DNA of 54,109 nt. Origin: a virus (Duplodnaviria > Heunggongvirae > Uroviricota > Caudoviricetes). The translations under genes were made by a program, and so were the position numbers. The stretch lies in the IMG/VR virus record IMGVR_UViG_2937142334_000003. One strand, given 5' to 3'. The notes under the pieces are model-generated. The model worked only from the letters and a program-made list of their open reading frames with translations, made no database searches and had not been told where the DNA came from. This document shows positions 9,767 to 20,620 of the stretch, piece by piece (position 1 is the first letter of the stretch; the number at the start of each line of letters is the position of its first letter).

Positions 9767-12700
9767 CTACATTTTCTTCGTTGCGTATTGTTTTGCTACT
9801 TGAGGTAATGTCTTAAGAGCCTCTGCAAAATCATTGGCATCCTTAACATTAGGTAATTCAAGATTGATAGTATCGATATGAACCGATTTATCATTTCCAT
9901 CACCATATGCATTGCGAATACCATTTGGTAGATTAAGAGCTTCTCTTAATTGCTTTCCAAAAATCTCGCCTAGATCTTTTGATACAGCTTTAAACTGATC
10001 TCCAAATCCTTTAACGATTGTTTCATAGCCTTGTGTTACCTCTGGCTTAACGCTTCGTTTGTAATCATTAATTATGTCGCTATTCTTCTTTTCATAGTCA
10101 TTGTAGGCTTTGATAATATCCTCAACTTTTGCAATATCAAAAGTAGGAATATCTTTAAGAATAAACTTATATGAATCATTTAACTGTTCGAGCCGTTTTC
10201 GAGCTTCTTCCTGATTAATCGAACCGTCTTTGATACTATTAATAGTTTCACTGACTTTTTGAATGTAATCATTTCGGTTGGAAATCTTAGACTCTTCAAG
10301 AGCTTGTTTTGCAGAGTTGACAGCTCTTTGTGCCTCTTCTACATTTGCTTGGTCAGCAATGTATGTCCAGTTAAACTTGCCGTCCTTATCTTTTTCAAGG
10401 TAACGGACGTCTTTTTTATTTATAGTGTTATCAAGTTTTTGTTGAGCAAGTGCCAAATCAAGTTGCTTGTCAACGTAATCAGCTTCCGCCTTAGACATTC
10501 TCTCTTGGGCGTCGAGAGCAGCTATACGTTTTTCAACCGTCTTATCTTCCAACTCAACAATCTTTAACCGCATTTCCTCAAGACGAAGTTCTTTTTGCAT
10601 GGGGTTATACCATACATCTTGGTCAAACTTAGCCTGATCAGCAGTCATTCCCTTGTTAACGCTCTTTTCGAATTCCTTTTGAATGGAGTCAAGAGTTTGG
10701 CCAAACTCGTTTTTACTTATATCCATAAGCGAAGACATAGTGCTATCAAGTGAAGTTTGATATTCGTCAATCATTGCCTTCAATTGATTGTATTCATAGG
10801 AATTCTTTTCGTATCCAGATAATTCGTCCCGAAGTCTTTGAAGCAAATCAAGGTAATTATTGTACTCACGGTAAGTGGAAGCATATTGCTGATTTATAAT
10901 GGCCGCCTGAGTAGAACCCTCTAAGTGAAGGGTGTCGGCAATACTTACCAAAGTACTTATTGTGTCACTAGCACGTTTATACTCATCAATTTGCTTATCA
11001 ATAAGAGACTTTTCATACTCAAAACGATTCTTAACAGCGTCCTTAATGCTATTTTGGGCATCAATAACATTCTTTTCGTACTCTGCAATTTGGTCAGTTA
11101 TCGTTTTAAGCTGTTCAGTAGTCATATCTGGATTCTTAGCTTGTTCACGTAAATCATTGATCGCCTTTTGATCGGCTTCAATCATGGACTTGTAAACTTT
11201 TTCCTGGAGTTCTAATTGCTTATAGATCATTTCAGAATTAATTGCTTCTTTTTGTTCAGCAGTATTAGCTTTGCCCATTAAACGGTTGTACTCAGCCTTT
11301 AATTCATTCATTTCTTTCTGATAAGCAATTGAGGACTGTACATACTCTTGGTTATGAGTAAGATTAGGAACTTCAATCTTGTCAGATTCAACAGATACAT
11401 TGTATTTAACATCAATAGCTCCAACTTCATTACGCGTACCTCTAGCATAGTTAATTGCCATCGAAAGCATATCGTTATACTTTTGTGCCTCAATTTGAAG
11501 TTGATCATTAGCTACTTGGGCTGTTCTATCAACATTCTTTCTCGCAAATTGATCTAGAGCATTATCTAATTGACGTTCTAATGAAATCTTGTCGGCGACA
11601 CTCTTTTCATAAGCAGATTTTTGATTGAGGTTAACAACATCAAAATTACTACTCATAAGGTCGTTATAAGATGTTCCACTTAATAAACCATCTTGAAGAT
11701 TTGTTACATTATTCTTTAGCCGGTCAATACTATTGCTGAGGTTATCAGTATATTTAGACAAGCTTTCAATAATAGAATTAAGTTGAATATCACGAATACT
11801 CTTCTTCAATTCATCAATAGAATCAAGATTTTCCATGATCGCATCACGAATTTGACTTAAGGAATCAGCTAAATTCTTTGCATTATCGGCATCTTTTGTA
11901 CCAACAAAATTAGCAACACTTAATTGATTAAATTCAGCCAACAACTGTTGAACCGCCTCGGACTTAGCATAGATCTGATCAGAATCATTCTTTAACTTCA
12001 TACGATAATCACTATCTTCTAGTGAATTACCTTCACGTTCAAGAATATTTTTCTGATTATCAATAGCAGTAGTCACAAGCTCTAATTCACGTTGTAACTT
12101 TTCAACCATCTTTTGATCTTTAGTGTTGTTGTAATCTTGTTGATTCTTACCCTGTTGCCAAATATCTGTTTGCAACTCATCAATCTTCTTTGTAGCCTCA
12201 GAAAAGTTTTGATAAGCAGTTTGATATTTACCAAGTAATTCATCAACTTTACTTGCATTATCACCTGTAATATCCCTTGCATGGTTCAGATTAGTAATCT
12301 GATTCCCATTTGTTTGGAAACCATACTTATGCAATTCATTAAGTACATCAGTAATTTGTTGCTGGTAGGCGCCCTGCATAGTTCTTTGATATGCAATTTG
12401 CTTATTATCTAAGTCAATTCTCTGCTTTGAAAGATTAATAAGTTTGTCCATGTCTTCATCAGCTTTAGTTACTGCATTTTCAAGGTTTTGAACTTTTTCA
12501 TCAAGTGGCAAGCCTGTGTAAAGTTCATTCCCCATGTAACGCCAATAATCTTCGCTAACTTTTTGGGTAGAATCAGAACGATCCGTTGTGGCAATTCCAC
12601 TTACTTTGTCACCATTAGTTGCAGAATTTGTATCAACACCCATATTAGCAGCACCATTATCTACGGCCATATTCATAGCGGTATTTCCTGCAACGACAGA

Positions 12701-15700
12701 CATAGAAGTCATAGGACTGACTGGCTGTGAATTTTCTGGGGTAATAGCCATTGATTTGGACTTGCTACTCTTACTACTTACCGTAGTTTCATTCTTTACA
12801 ACATTAATATGGACTGTTTTATCAGGGATACGTGCTAAAGCACCTCTAACTTGGCTAATGCCGGCCATTGCTGCACCAACATCGGCTTTAATATGAATAG
12901 TTTTATCCTTCAAAGAGTTTCGAGCAGACTTAACTCTATTAATTGGACCAGTAGCATTATCGTTAGCTGTTATAGTAATAGCCTTATCATGAAGAGCAGA
13001 TAAAGAACTCTTAACTTGATTAATTACTTGCTGGGCATTTCCAGAGGCGGTGATATTAATCTTTGCGTGAATTCCACTAACAGCACCCTTAATCTTTGAT
13101 ACTAATCCACTAGTATCAGCAGATACTTTTACTTTGGCATTTATGCCATGGACAGCACTGGTAATCTTACTCTTCAAGCTACCAGTATCAGCATCGATTT
13201 TTACTTTTGCCTTTGTATTTTTACCTATACCTTTAAGCTTACTTTCTGCACCTTTTGTATCTGCGTCAACTTTCACTTTAGCTTTGGCATTTTTCCCAAT
13301 ATGTTTTATTTTGCTTTCAGCACTCTTAGTATCAGCATCTGCTTTAACTTTAACTTTATTGTTTTTATTTCTGCTAAAGGATTTAAGTTTTTTATCTATT
13401 TCTTTTGTGTCGGCGCTAACTTTAATTTTCGCCTTATTGTTTTTACTTTTACTTAATGTTTTTAGTTTCTTCTCAACGTCTTTTGTATCAGCATCAACCT
13501 TAACCTTAGCCTTACTTTTGCCTTTGCCAAGATCTTTAACTTTCTTTTCGGCAGATTTAGTGTCGGCATCAACTTTTACTTTGTTGTTTTTACCACCCTT
13601 ACCAAAAAGTTTATCTAAGGATGCCTTCATACCTTTAATTGGGTCATTCTTACTTCCCTTAAAAAGGTCTCCCAAACCTTTAGGCATCTTCCAGTTTTTA
13701 AATGGATTAGTCATTCCCTTAGGTAGCTTAAAATTCTTAAATGGATTATTAAGCCCTTTTGGTATTTTCCGATTTTTGAACGGATTCGACATGTTTTTAG
13801 GCAAATTAAAGCCTTTGAGGGGGTTCTCTAATCCCTTAGGAAGTTTCCAATCTTTGAACGGATTTTTGAGGTTAAGACCCTTAAATGATTTACTAATGTC
13901 AGGCATTTCAATATTCTTAAAGGCCTTACCTATATCGGGCATCTTAACACCCTTAAACATTTTAGAAAAATCGGGCATTTTACCTTTTAGTCCATCGAAC
14001 ATCTTAGATGGGTTAAATTTCCTAAAAATATTAGGTAATTTGGCACCTTTTATACTTCCATCGGTACCTGCAACTCCTAACTTCATTCCTCCCGTTAAGA
14101 AGCTTTTCCAATCAAAATCTTTTGAGCCATTCTTAACATTCTTCATAAAGTCTTGAAGTTGCTTCTGACCTGCTCCAGTTTTCATATTCCCTAAATTCTT
14201 AAAGAATTTTGATGCCTTAGTAAGTGAATTCTTTCCAGGTGCTTTTTGCTGGTACCATGGTTTGTCGTCTTCTTTGTTTTCTTTTTGGCTTGATTGTTTT
14301 TTAGGCTTATTTCTCTCTCTTCCACGTGAATCTAATTCTTTATCATTATATTTTTGCGCATTGTCTCTTTGCTGTTTTGCTTTCTTTGAGCCTGTTTTGC
14401 CAAAGAAACCATCATTATATAATTGATCAAGAATATCATCTGTCGCTTTTTCCCCATGATTCTTCCTCAGGTTCTGAATAGCATCTTTAACATCTTTGTT
14501 CTTAGTATTACCTTTATTTAACCTAAGCATTAATTGAGCATAACTCAATCCTCTTCCAAATTGCGCGTCACTTTTAATGCTCCCATCGCCCAAAGCATTT
14601 ACTAAGGAATAAGGGTCACTAGAACCTTTTACACCTTTTAAATCAGAAATAAAGTTAGGTAGATTCAACTCCCCTTTTGAATTCATCCAATTATATCCCT
14701 GGAATTGCTTGGATTTCATCATCATAGACCCTTCAATTCGAGCCTGTTGAGTTGTATCTAGAACACCTTGATCATTTATTAATGCTTGTGCAGCTGCCGT
14801 TGGATGCCCTTGCAAGTATTTCGTATTTTGTTCCATGACGGCATTCCATGACTTTCCATAAGTAGCATAAAAGTCAGGATCAACATTTAACAGTTCTCTA
14901 CCATTAATTTGGTTACCCATTATATTGACAAATGATGCCCCAGATCCGTCATACGCTTTAACTCGCTTCTTTGCTGCTGTCGAAGAATAACCATTGGCCT
15001 CCAAGATATCCTGCATTGTTCCTTGTTGTTTTTTTAGGTTATCCTTAAATGACTTTTGAGCGTTATAAAATGCTTGGATTTGATTTGCATTCCATTCTCT
15101 TGTCTTTGAAGAAATTCCCTCAAGTCCTTTAACGTTCTTTGCTAAATACTTTTGCTGATCTTTAGTCAATGTTAATTGATTCTTACCAAGATTGTTATTC
15201 TTATTCATAATCTTATTAACATCGTTCCAGATCTTATTTGCTCGAGCAGCAGCCTGAAGATTAACTGACTGCGCAGACTGCACCTTATTTAATTGTCCTC
15301 TGGTCATTCTTCGATAATCAGACTTATCAAAAACACCAGAGTTTATAGCAGAAGATAATTTCTTATATTGCCCTCGAATGGCATCTCCATAATCCTCATA
15401 ATTCTGCGCCCATTCTTGATATTGTTCAGAATTTCTTGCCTTATTTAACGCCTTAATTCTAGCTTCAGATTCTTTTTTGTCATATTTCCTATCAATATCC
15501 GACGCTTTTGATGGAAGAGAATTATATTTGTCATCTTTACGTTGTTTCTCGAGCCGTCTTTGCTCTTTAAGATATTCATTATTAGATTTGAGAATCTTCC
15601 CTCTTTGTTTTTCCCAATCTAATTCTTTGCCAGCTTTATTCTCCTTGTCAATATCCTTTGTGCCAGCCTTAAGCTGCTCCATATTAACATCGTGAATTGC

Positions 15701-18700
15701 TGACTTAAGATCATTCCATTGACTCCGTAATAGTTCAATATTATTAGTATCTGCTCGAAGTTTAAGTCCATTCGCTTTAGCTATAGAATTAAATTCTTTT
15801 CTAAACTTACTCCAGTCCTGCTTTGAAAGTTGATTAGAACCATCTGTTACCCCGTCTAAAGCTTTCTTCAGTCCTGTTAGACCCTTTGTAGACTTCTCGG
15901 CCGTACCATTAAAAAGTACATTTTTTTGTAGATTCCCATTTGTCTCAGATATGGTACCGTGTATCTTCTGCATAGACTTATCAAAAGCTTCTGCGTTAGC
16001 CTGAGCCGGTTTGATTGCATTCTGGATCAATTTCCATGGATGAACACCCATCATTTCTAAGGCTCCTGATGCAATAGTAATCGCATCAATACCTAAACCA
16101 ACGACGCCAAGTCCACTACCAATTACTCCCAGTACACTACCAGCAACACCCATGACTTTTCCTAATTTAGCAGTTGCTTTAGTTCCTTTAGAAAGAGTCC
16201 CATTGGTGTCTTTTAGTTTTTGTTCTGCTCTACTAATTGCAGGAGTAACATTTGAATATGATTTTGCTAAATCTTCATTCTCTTTTGCAAGTTCCTTTGG
16301 AGCAAAATGAGTTGGATACTTCTTAGATAGACCATATTGTCTTCGGGCTCCACGTCTAGTTTGGAGGACGTTATTCTCTGGAATAGAGTATTTAATTAAA
16401 CCTACGTCTTTACCTGTATACTCTCCCTTGGTTCTTCCTTTTGCATCTCTATCTAGCTTTGTTTTTGACTTAAAACCTTTGGCGTTTAAGCCATCTAATT
16501 CTGCTCTTAATTCACGAATTTTTGCCCTTAATTCAGAAACAGAACTTCCAACATTGGTGAATCTAGATTTAAGACTCTCGATTCCTTTTCCAGCATTTCC
16601 AATACTTGCAAAGCTTTTAACCATTCCCGTTATTGCATTACGTGCCATAACTATACCAGCAGTGATTGCACCCCATCTAATAGCTTGCGAGAATAGCTTA
16701 TTTGAAGCAAGTTTATCTGCGATAGATCCGATGCCATTAAGACTTTGAAGAATTTGGGAAATTCCTTCTCTACCACCAGAGATATTATTTAAGAAGGACA
16801 TCCATGTATTCTTTAATGAAGCTAGTTGGAATTCGATTGATTGTTTCTGTTTTTCAAATTCTTGATATGCAGAACCATGATCTTTATCTTTTAAATCAAC
16901 CTGAGCTTGTGCTTCTTTCATGGCTTTACGCGCGGTTTTCCAATTATCCATTGTAGCTTGGAAAATGTTAGCATGGTTCGCTCCAGCGGCATATTGGGCA
17001 GCGGTGTTTTTGTCTTTACTATCTAACTTATCCCATTGCTTACCTAACTGATCCATAATTTGCCAAGTAGATTTCAACTTTCCATTGCTGTCAGTTAAAT
17101 CAACACCCAACTTCTTAAAGAACGCTGCACGGGTTTGATCCTGCTTTGTTAATCCAGCACCCATTTTAGCAAGACGTGAACCAATCGTCTTATATGCGGT
17201 TCCAATCATATCTCCACCCGCACGAGTACCTTCTTGAGCAGCTGTAATAATACCTGTTAGTTGTGAGAACTTAGTTCCAGTAGCACCAACTGTTGAACTA
17301 GCTTTCTGATATGCAGCCCCCAAGTCATTCATTTCAATGGCATGTTTGTTAGAAACTTGGTTCATTGCGTTAATAATATCTTTGGACTTAATACCTTCTT
17401 TTCGGAAAGCTTTCATTGGCACAGACATATACCTAACCATGTCTTCTACAGGCACTTCACCAACGAAAGAACCCATAACTGACGCCTTTGCAAGACGATT
17501 TGATTGTTTAAGATTATATCCGGCTGTTGCCCATTGTTCTACAGCAGCAGCAAATTCTGGAGCAGTCTTACCAACTTCCGAAGCATCCTTATAGATATTC
17601 TTCTTCCATCTATTTACTGCTGCTTGACTGTCGGGAACAACTTTTGTAACTTTTGTAATGGCCTTATCAACTTCATTTAAGCCATTTACAACAGCAGCGG
17701 CTCCATATACACCATTTTGTAATACGTCCCAAGTGTTTAAGGTATTCACCATACCCGTAAAGGACTTTCTTCCTCGGCGTGCTTTTGCATCTGCTCGATC
17801 TGCGGCCTGAGCTCGCGTCATTCTAATTCTTGCGTCAGAAGCTTCTCTTAGATCTGATGCTTGAGATGCATACTTTGTTTTCCTTATAGCACTTTCAAGA
17901 GATCGCACCTTCTTTTCTGCCGCCCCAGCTTGTCTCTGAACTTCGGCAAATACATTGTCGCCTAAACCACCTTTTGCCAGGGTCATTTGCGCTTTAGTGA
18001 CGTCATTTAATGCACTTTTATATCTCCTAAAGGCTTCTGCGTCTCTTTTTAACTGTTGTTCAATTTCAGTGTTCTTGAGAGTCATGCGAGCTTTGGGTTG
18101 TTCTCTGAAACCAAGAACATTTTTACTAATTTCTGAATCACTCAAGCCAGCCTTATTCGCAGCCATTCTATACCGCATTTCAGCTTGCTCTTGTTGTTTA
18201 GCAACTTGGCTAGCATAATGTTGTATATTTTGTCGAATACGTTCGTCACTAGCCTTAGCAGCCTGATTTTGGAGCTTTAAATACTCTTGTTGTGCTTTTT
18301 CAATAGCACGCTGTTGTGTTCGCATTTCCTTTTGCACATCAACCGCTGCTCGAGAATAATGACTTCTCGGGTTAGTATTCTCTAACTCTTTATTGGCTTT
18401 TCGCCGTGCCTCTTCGATGGACTTATCAAAGTCATGTCCACCCATATCAACGTTTAACTTAATTGGTTCATTTGCTAAACGTCTAATTTCTTTTAATTTA
18501 CTGGACACCCGATTTAATTCGGACATTCCATGTACTTTAACATTTGCGTTTACTCTAAAGTTTTCTTTACCAAGAGCATTTCTTAGTTGGCGTTTGAGAT
18601 TGCCAAGTTTGCCAACTTTTAATTTTACATTTGCGTCAACCTTAATATCCTTTAACCCACGAAGAGAACGTTGAATCTGATTTTCAATTTCTCCTGCTGT

Positions 18701-18745
18701 TGGGAGGTTAACTTTAACTTTTATTGACAGTTCTTTACTTGCCAA
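9767..18745 (-). CDS. Tape measure protein
   Basis: 2992 aa, helical and Ala/Lys-rich; TP901-type core (VDKAITKVTKV...EQWATAGY...NQVSNKHAI..DLGAAYQKASS); TM-like Gly/Ala stretches. Confidence 0.92.
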   Translation of the reverse strand: MASKELSIKVKVNLPTAGEIENQIQRSLRGLKDIKVDANVKLKVGKLGNLKRQLRNALGKENFRVNANVKVHGMSELNRVSSKLKEIRRLANEPIKLNVDMGGHDFDKSIEEARRKANKELENTNPRSHYSRAAVDVQKEMRTQQRAIEKAQQEYLKLQNQAAKASDERIRQNIQHYASQVAKQQEQAEMRYRMAANKAGLSDSEISKNVLGFREQPKARMTLKNTEIEQQLKRDAEAFRRYKSALNDVTKAQMTLAKGGLGDNVFAEVQRQAGAAEKKVRSLESAIRKTKYASQASDLREASDARIRMTRAQAADRADAKARRGRKSFTGMVNTLNTWDVLQNGVYGAAAVVNGLNEVDKAITKVTKVVPDSQAAVNRWKKNIYKDASEVGKTAPEFAAAVEQWATAGYNLKQSNRLAKASVMGSFVGEVPVEDMVRYMSVPMKAFRKEGIKSKDIINAMNQVSNKHAIEMNDLGAAYQKASSTVGATGTKFSQLTGIITAAQEGTRAGGDMIGTAYKTIGSRLAKMGAGLTKQDQTRAAFFKKLGVDLTDSNGKLKSTWQIMDQLGKQWDKLDSKDKNTAAQYAAGANHANIFQATMDNWKTARKAMKEAQAQVDLKDKDHGSAYQEFEKQKQSIEFQLASLKNTWMSFLNNISGGREGISQILQSLNGIGSIADKLASNKLFSQAIRWGAITAGIVMARNAITGMVKSFASIGNAGKGIESLKSRFTNVGSSVSELRAKIRELRAELDGLNAKGFKSKTKLDRDAKGRTKGEYTGKDVGLIKYSIPENNVLQTRRGARRQYGLSKKYPTHFAPKELAKENEDLAKSYSNVTPAISRAEQKLKDTNGTLSKGTKATAKLGKVMGVAGSVLGVIGSGLGVVGLGIDAITIASGALEMMGVHPWKLIQNAIKPAQANAEAFDKSMQKIHGTISETNGNLQKNVLFNGTAEKSTKGLTGLKKALDGVTDGSNQLSKQDWSKFRKEFNSIAKANGLKLRADTNNIELLRSQWNDLKSAIHDVNMEQLKAGTKDIDKENKAGKELDWEKQRGKILKSNNEYLKEQRRLEKQRKDDKYNSLPSKASDIDRKYDKKESEARIKALNKARNSEQYQEWAQNYEDYGDAIRGQYKKLSSAINSGVFDKSDYRRMTRGQLNKVQSAQSVNLQAAARANKIWNDVNKIMNKNNNLGKNQLTLTKDQQKYLAKNVKGLEGISSKTREWNANQIQAFYNAQKSFKDNLKKQQGTMQDILEANGYSSTAAKKRVKAYDGSGASFVNIMGNQINGRELLNVDPDFYATYGKSWNAVMEQNTKYLQGHPTAAAQALINDQGVLDTTQQARIEGSMMMKSKQFQGYNWMNSKGELNLPNFISDLKGVKGSSDPYSLVNALGDGSIKSDAQFGRGLSYAQLMLRLNKGNTKNKDVKDAIQNLRKNHGEKATDDILDQLYNDGFFGKTGSKKAKQQRDNAQKYNDKELDSRGRERNKPKKQSSQKENKEDDKPWYQQKAPGKNSLTKASKFFKNLGNMKTGAGQKQLQDFMKNVKNGSKDFDWKSFLTGGMKLGVAGTDGSIKGAKLPNIFRKFNPSKMFDGLKGKMPDFSKMFKGVKMPDIGKAFKNIEMPDISKSFKGLNLKNPFKDWKLPKGLENPLKGFNLPKNMSNPFKNRKIPKGLNNPFKNFKLPKGMTNPFKNWKMPKGLGDLFKGSKNDPIKGMKASLDKLFGKGGKNNKVKVDADTKSAEKKVKDLGKGKSKAKVKVDADTKDVEKKLKTLSKSKNNKAKIKVSADTKEIDKKLKSFSRNKNNKVKVKADADTKSAESKIKHIGKNAKAKVKVDADTKGAESKLKGIGKNTKAKVKIDADTGSLKSKITSAVHGINAKVKVSADTSGLVSKIKGAVSGIHAKINITASGNAQQVINQVKSSLSALHDKAITITANDNATGPINRVKSARNSLKDKTIHIKADVGAAMAGISQVRGALARIPDKTVHINVVKNETTVSSKSSKSKSMAITPENSQPVSPMTSMSVVAGNTAMNMAVDNGAANMGVDTNSATNGDKVSGIATTDRSDSTQKVSEDYWRYMGNELYTGLPLDEKVQNLENAVTKADEDMDKLINLSKQRIDLDNKQIAYQRTMQGAYQQQITDVLNELHKYGFQTNGNQITNLNHARDITGDNASKVDELLGKYQTAYQNFSEATKKIDELQTDIWQQGKNQQDYNNTKDQKMVEKLQRELELVTTAIDNQKNILEREGNSLEDSDYRMKLKNDSDQIYAKSEAVQQLLAEFNQLSVANFVGTKDADNAKNLADSLSQIRDAIMENLDSIDELKKSIRDIQLNSIIESLSKYTDNLSNSIDRLKNNVTNLQDGLLSGTSYNDLMSSNFDVVNLNQKSAYEKSVADKISLERQLDNALDQFARKNVDRTAQVANDQLQIEAQKYNDMLSMAINYARGTRNEVGAIDVKYNVSVESDKIEVPNLTHNQEYVQSSIAYQKEMNELKAEYNRLMGKANTAEQKEAINSEMIYKQLELQEKVYKSMIEADQKAINDLREQAKNPDMTTEQLKTITDQIAEYEKNVIDAQNSIKDAVKNRFEYEKSLIDKQIDEYKRASDTISTLVSIADTLHLEGSTQAAIINQQYASTYREYNNYLDLLQRLRDELSGYEKNSYEYNQLKAMIDEYQTSLDSTMSSLMDISKNEFGQTLDSIQKEFEKSVNKGMTADQAKFDQDVWYNPMQKELRLEEMRLKIVELEDKTVEKRIAALDAQERMSKAEADYVDKQLDLALAQQKLDNTINKKDVRYLEKDKDGKFNWTYIADQANVEEAQRAVNSAKQALEESKISNRNDYIQKVSETINSIKDGSINQEEARKRLEQLNDSYKFILKDIPTFDIAKVEDIIKAYNDYEKKNSDIINDYKRSVKPEVTQGYETIVKGFGDQFKAVSKDLGEIFGKQLREALNLPNGIRNAYGDGNDKSVHIDTINLELPNVKDANDFAEALKTLPQVAKQYATKKM
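12790..13976 (-). repeat. Intragenic tandem repeats in TMP: 12-aa MPD x3, 13-aa NPFKxxKLPKG x5 (13670-13864), about 24-26-aa KVKVDADTK series
   Basis: Read directly from the translation. Confidence 0.85.
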
Positions 18746-18844
18746 TATATTTCACCCGCCTAAAAGAAATGATTTTGCGTTTGTACCATTCTTCTGCGGT
18801 TTAAATTATAAAATTGTTAATTAAAACTTTATAAAATGGATATT

Positions 18845-19873
18845 TTATTCTGAAAGCAATGCATCGATTTCTTTCAATGTTGCTGTTTCACTCTTCTTTT
18901 CCATATAGAAGCGTGCTGTTGTATCCATTGATTCGTGGTGTGCTAATTGCTTGGCTAATTCAATATTTTTTTGTCCAACTTGGTTTAATCGACTCTTACG
19001 AATACTGTGAGCTCTGAAATCACCGACACCAACAATTTCTCCTATTTTGCGAATACGGATTGACATGGCCTGTTTACTCATATGACCACCTAAACGATTA
19101 ACAAAGAACGCATCTGTATCAATTCCATTATCTTCACGCCACTTAAGGAACTTCTTAATTAATTCCTTGGTTTCATTTGTGAATGGAACTTCCACTCGCT
19201 TTCCGCGCTTTTCTCTGATATCAACGAATTTATTTTCATCAAGTTTCAGATTAGACAAACTTAAGTTATATAATGCCCCGATACGACAAGCACTATAAAA
19301 AGCAATCTCCCAAATCAATCTATCTTGATAATCATATCTTGCTCCCTCAGGTTCTGCTTCTTCTTCAAGAGTTTTATAGATTTGATTAATCTTGTCTTCG
19401 TGTAAAAAGTGAACTGAAATCTTCTTTTCATCTTGAGCATTCTTAATACGGTCTAATTTTCCATCAAAAGGATGACTTCGAATCATTCCTCGCTTAGTTG
19501 CCCATAGGTAGAAACTGGATACAGCACTTAATTTAGTGTTAATGACTTTTTTACCATTACCACATTCATCGGCAAGGAAAGCCATATAGCCTTCCATTAC
19601 ATCGATCATTTCATCTTCTAACATATCTTCATCCAAAAGATAAAAATTGTCCCATTCTTCTGCAATATAACACATGAAGATATTCATATAAGAGTGATAA
19701 ACCTTATATGTAGTATCTTTAACGTCAGAATTGTGAATGATTCGACTCTTAAGATAGCGCTCGTAAATCTTAATGTTTTTAGGATTTACTTTCGCCATTC
19801 TTGCTTTCGTAGCATATCTGACGATTTTTCTATCGCTTTTTGTTTGATACGTTAATCCTTCTTTTCGTTTCAA
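18845..19873 (-). CDS. Tyrosine recombinase (XerC/D-type, YomM-like position)
   Basis: 342 aa with catalytic set R (SACRIG), K, HxxR (HSIR), H (AHH), Y (ARFY). Confidence 0.9.
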   Translation of the reverse strand: MKRKEGLTYQTKSDRKIVRYATKARMAKVNPKNIKIYERYLKSRIIHNSDVKDTTYKVYHSYMNIFMCYIAEEWDNFYLLDEDMLEDEMIDVMEGYMAFLADECGNGKKVINTKLSAVSSFYLWATKRGMIRSHPFDGKLDRIKNAQDEKKISVHFLHEDKINQIYKTLEEEAEPEGARYDYQDRLIWEIAFYSACRIGALYNLSLSNLKLDENKFVDIREKRGKRVEVPFTNETKELIKKFLKWREDNGIDTDAFFVNRLGGHMSKQAMSIRIRKIGEIVGVGDFRAHSIRKSRLNQVGQKNIELAKQLAHHESMDTTARFYMEKKSETATLKEIDALLSE

Positions 19874-19885
19874 ATGTATCCCCTC

Positions 19886-20410
19886 TTATGCGCCAGATAC
19901 TTCAAACCCAGCAGCACGCAGAGCATCAGCAAGGAGTTTAGGAATTATTTCTACATATTTAGAAAAAGCATTATCAAAATAGTGAGTACCTTGATGTGGA
20001 ACAAGTCCGCCACCACCATAGTTAAGGTATGCTGGCATTTCGTCATTGAATGGCTGAGACTGTACCCCCATATGTATTCCCCAGCTTTCAATTCCACCCC
20101 AGTCTCCATTTGCACTATTTCCTGTGCTAGGAGGACTCATACTCATGCGAGAACCATCCATTTCAATAGATAAACTAGTCCCACCACCCGTTACATTGAT
20201 GGCATCTACTAACTCACCAGTTGAAACGTATCCTGGAGAAGCCCGACCTGCCGGCCAATCTTTCTCAACTAATTCTCTTAATATTTGATCTGCTACTTTT
20301 CTTATTTCACCCTGAAGCGCCTTAATACTTACAGAGCGAATTTCTCCTGCCAATCCTTCTAGGCCACTTATGTCTACGGTTAAAGTACCTTCAATAACAA
20401 AACTAGACAT
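19886..20410 (-). CDS. Hypothetical virion/tail protein
   Basis: 174-aa ORF in the tail operon; its native RBS is displaced by the IS607 insertion. Confidence 0.6.
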   Translation of the reverse strand: MSSFVIEGTLTVDISGLEGLAGEIRSVSIKALQGEIRKVADQILRELVEKDWPAGRASPGYVSTGELVDAINVTGGGTSLSIEMDGSRMSMSPPSTGNSANGDWGGIESWGIHMGVQSQPFNDEMPAYLNYGGGGLVPHQGTHYFDNAFSKYVEIIPKLLADALRAAGFEVSGA

Positions 20411-20417
20411 AATAACC

Positions 20418-20620
20418 TGCTATATAAAATGTGAACAAATATAATCATCAATTTGTTTTGATTACACTTGAGAAAGAATTATATAGTTTTCCTTTCTTAA
20501 TTTTATTTACTACCGTCATCATTAGTGTTCTCATATCCTAACAAGAGGGTAATGACATTGACTAACTCTGATAGCTTCAGGGTGTAGCCCACCCCTTTAA
20601 TTTTCCTTATGCCAAAGCCA
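20418..20620 (-). ncRNA. Putative TnpB omegaRNA scaffold (right-end region)
   Basis: About 200 nt non-coding between tnpB stop and right end. Location follows from known TnpB biology; boundaries are approximate. Confidence 0.55.

Noticed and set aside
13134-14156. 340-aa plus-strand ORF and the many other short opposite-strand ORFs in the track
   Set aside because: They are antisense shadows of long minus-strand genes (here Lys-rich repeats give Phe/Leu-rich text) and lack RBSs.
18845-19873. Prophage integrase with attP
   Set aside because: Located mid tail operon, no att core recognised, and plasmid replication and partition genes are present.
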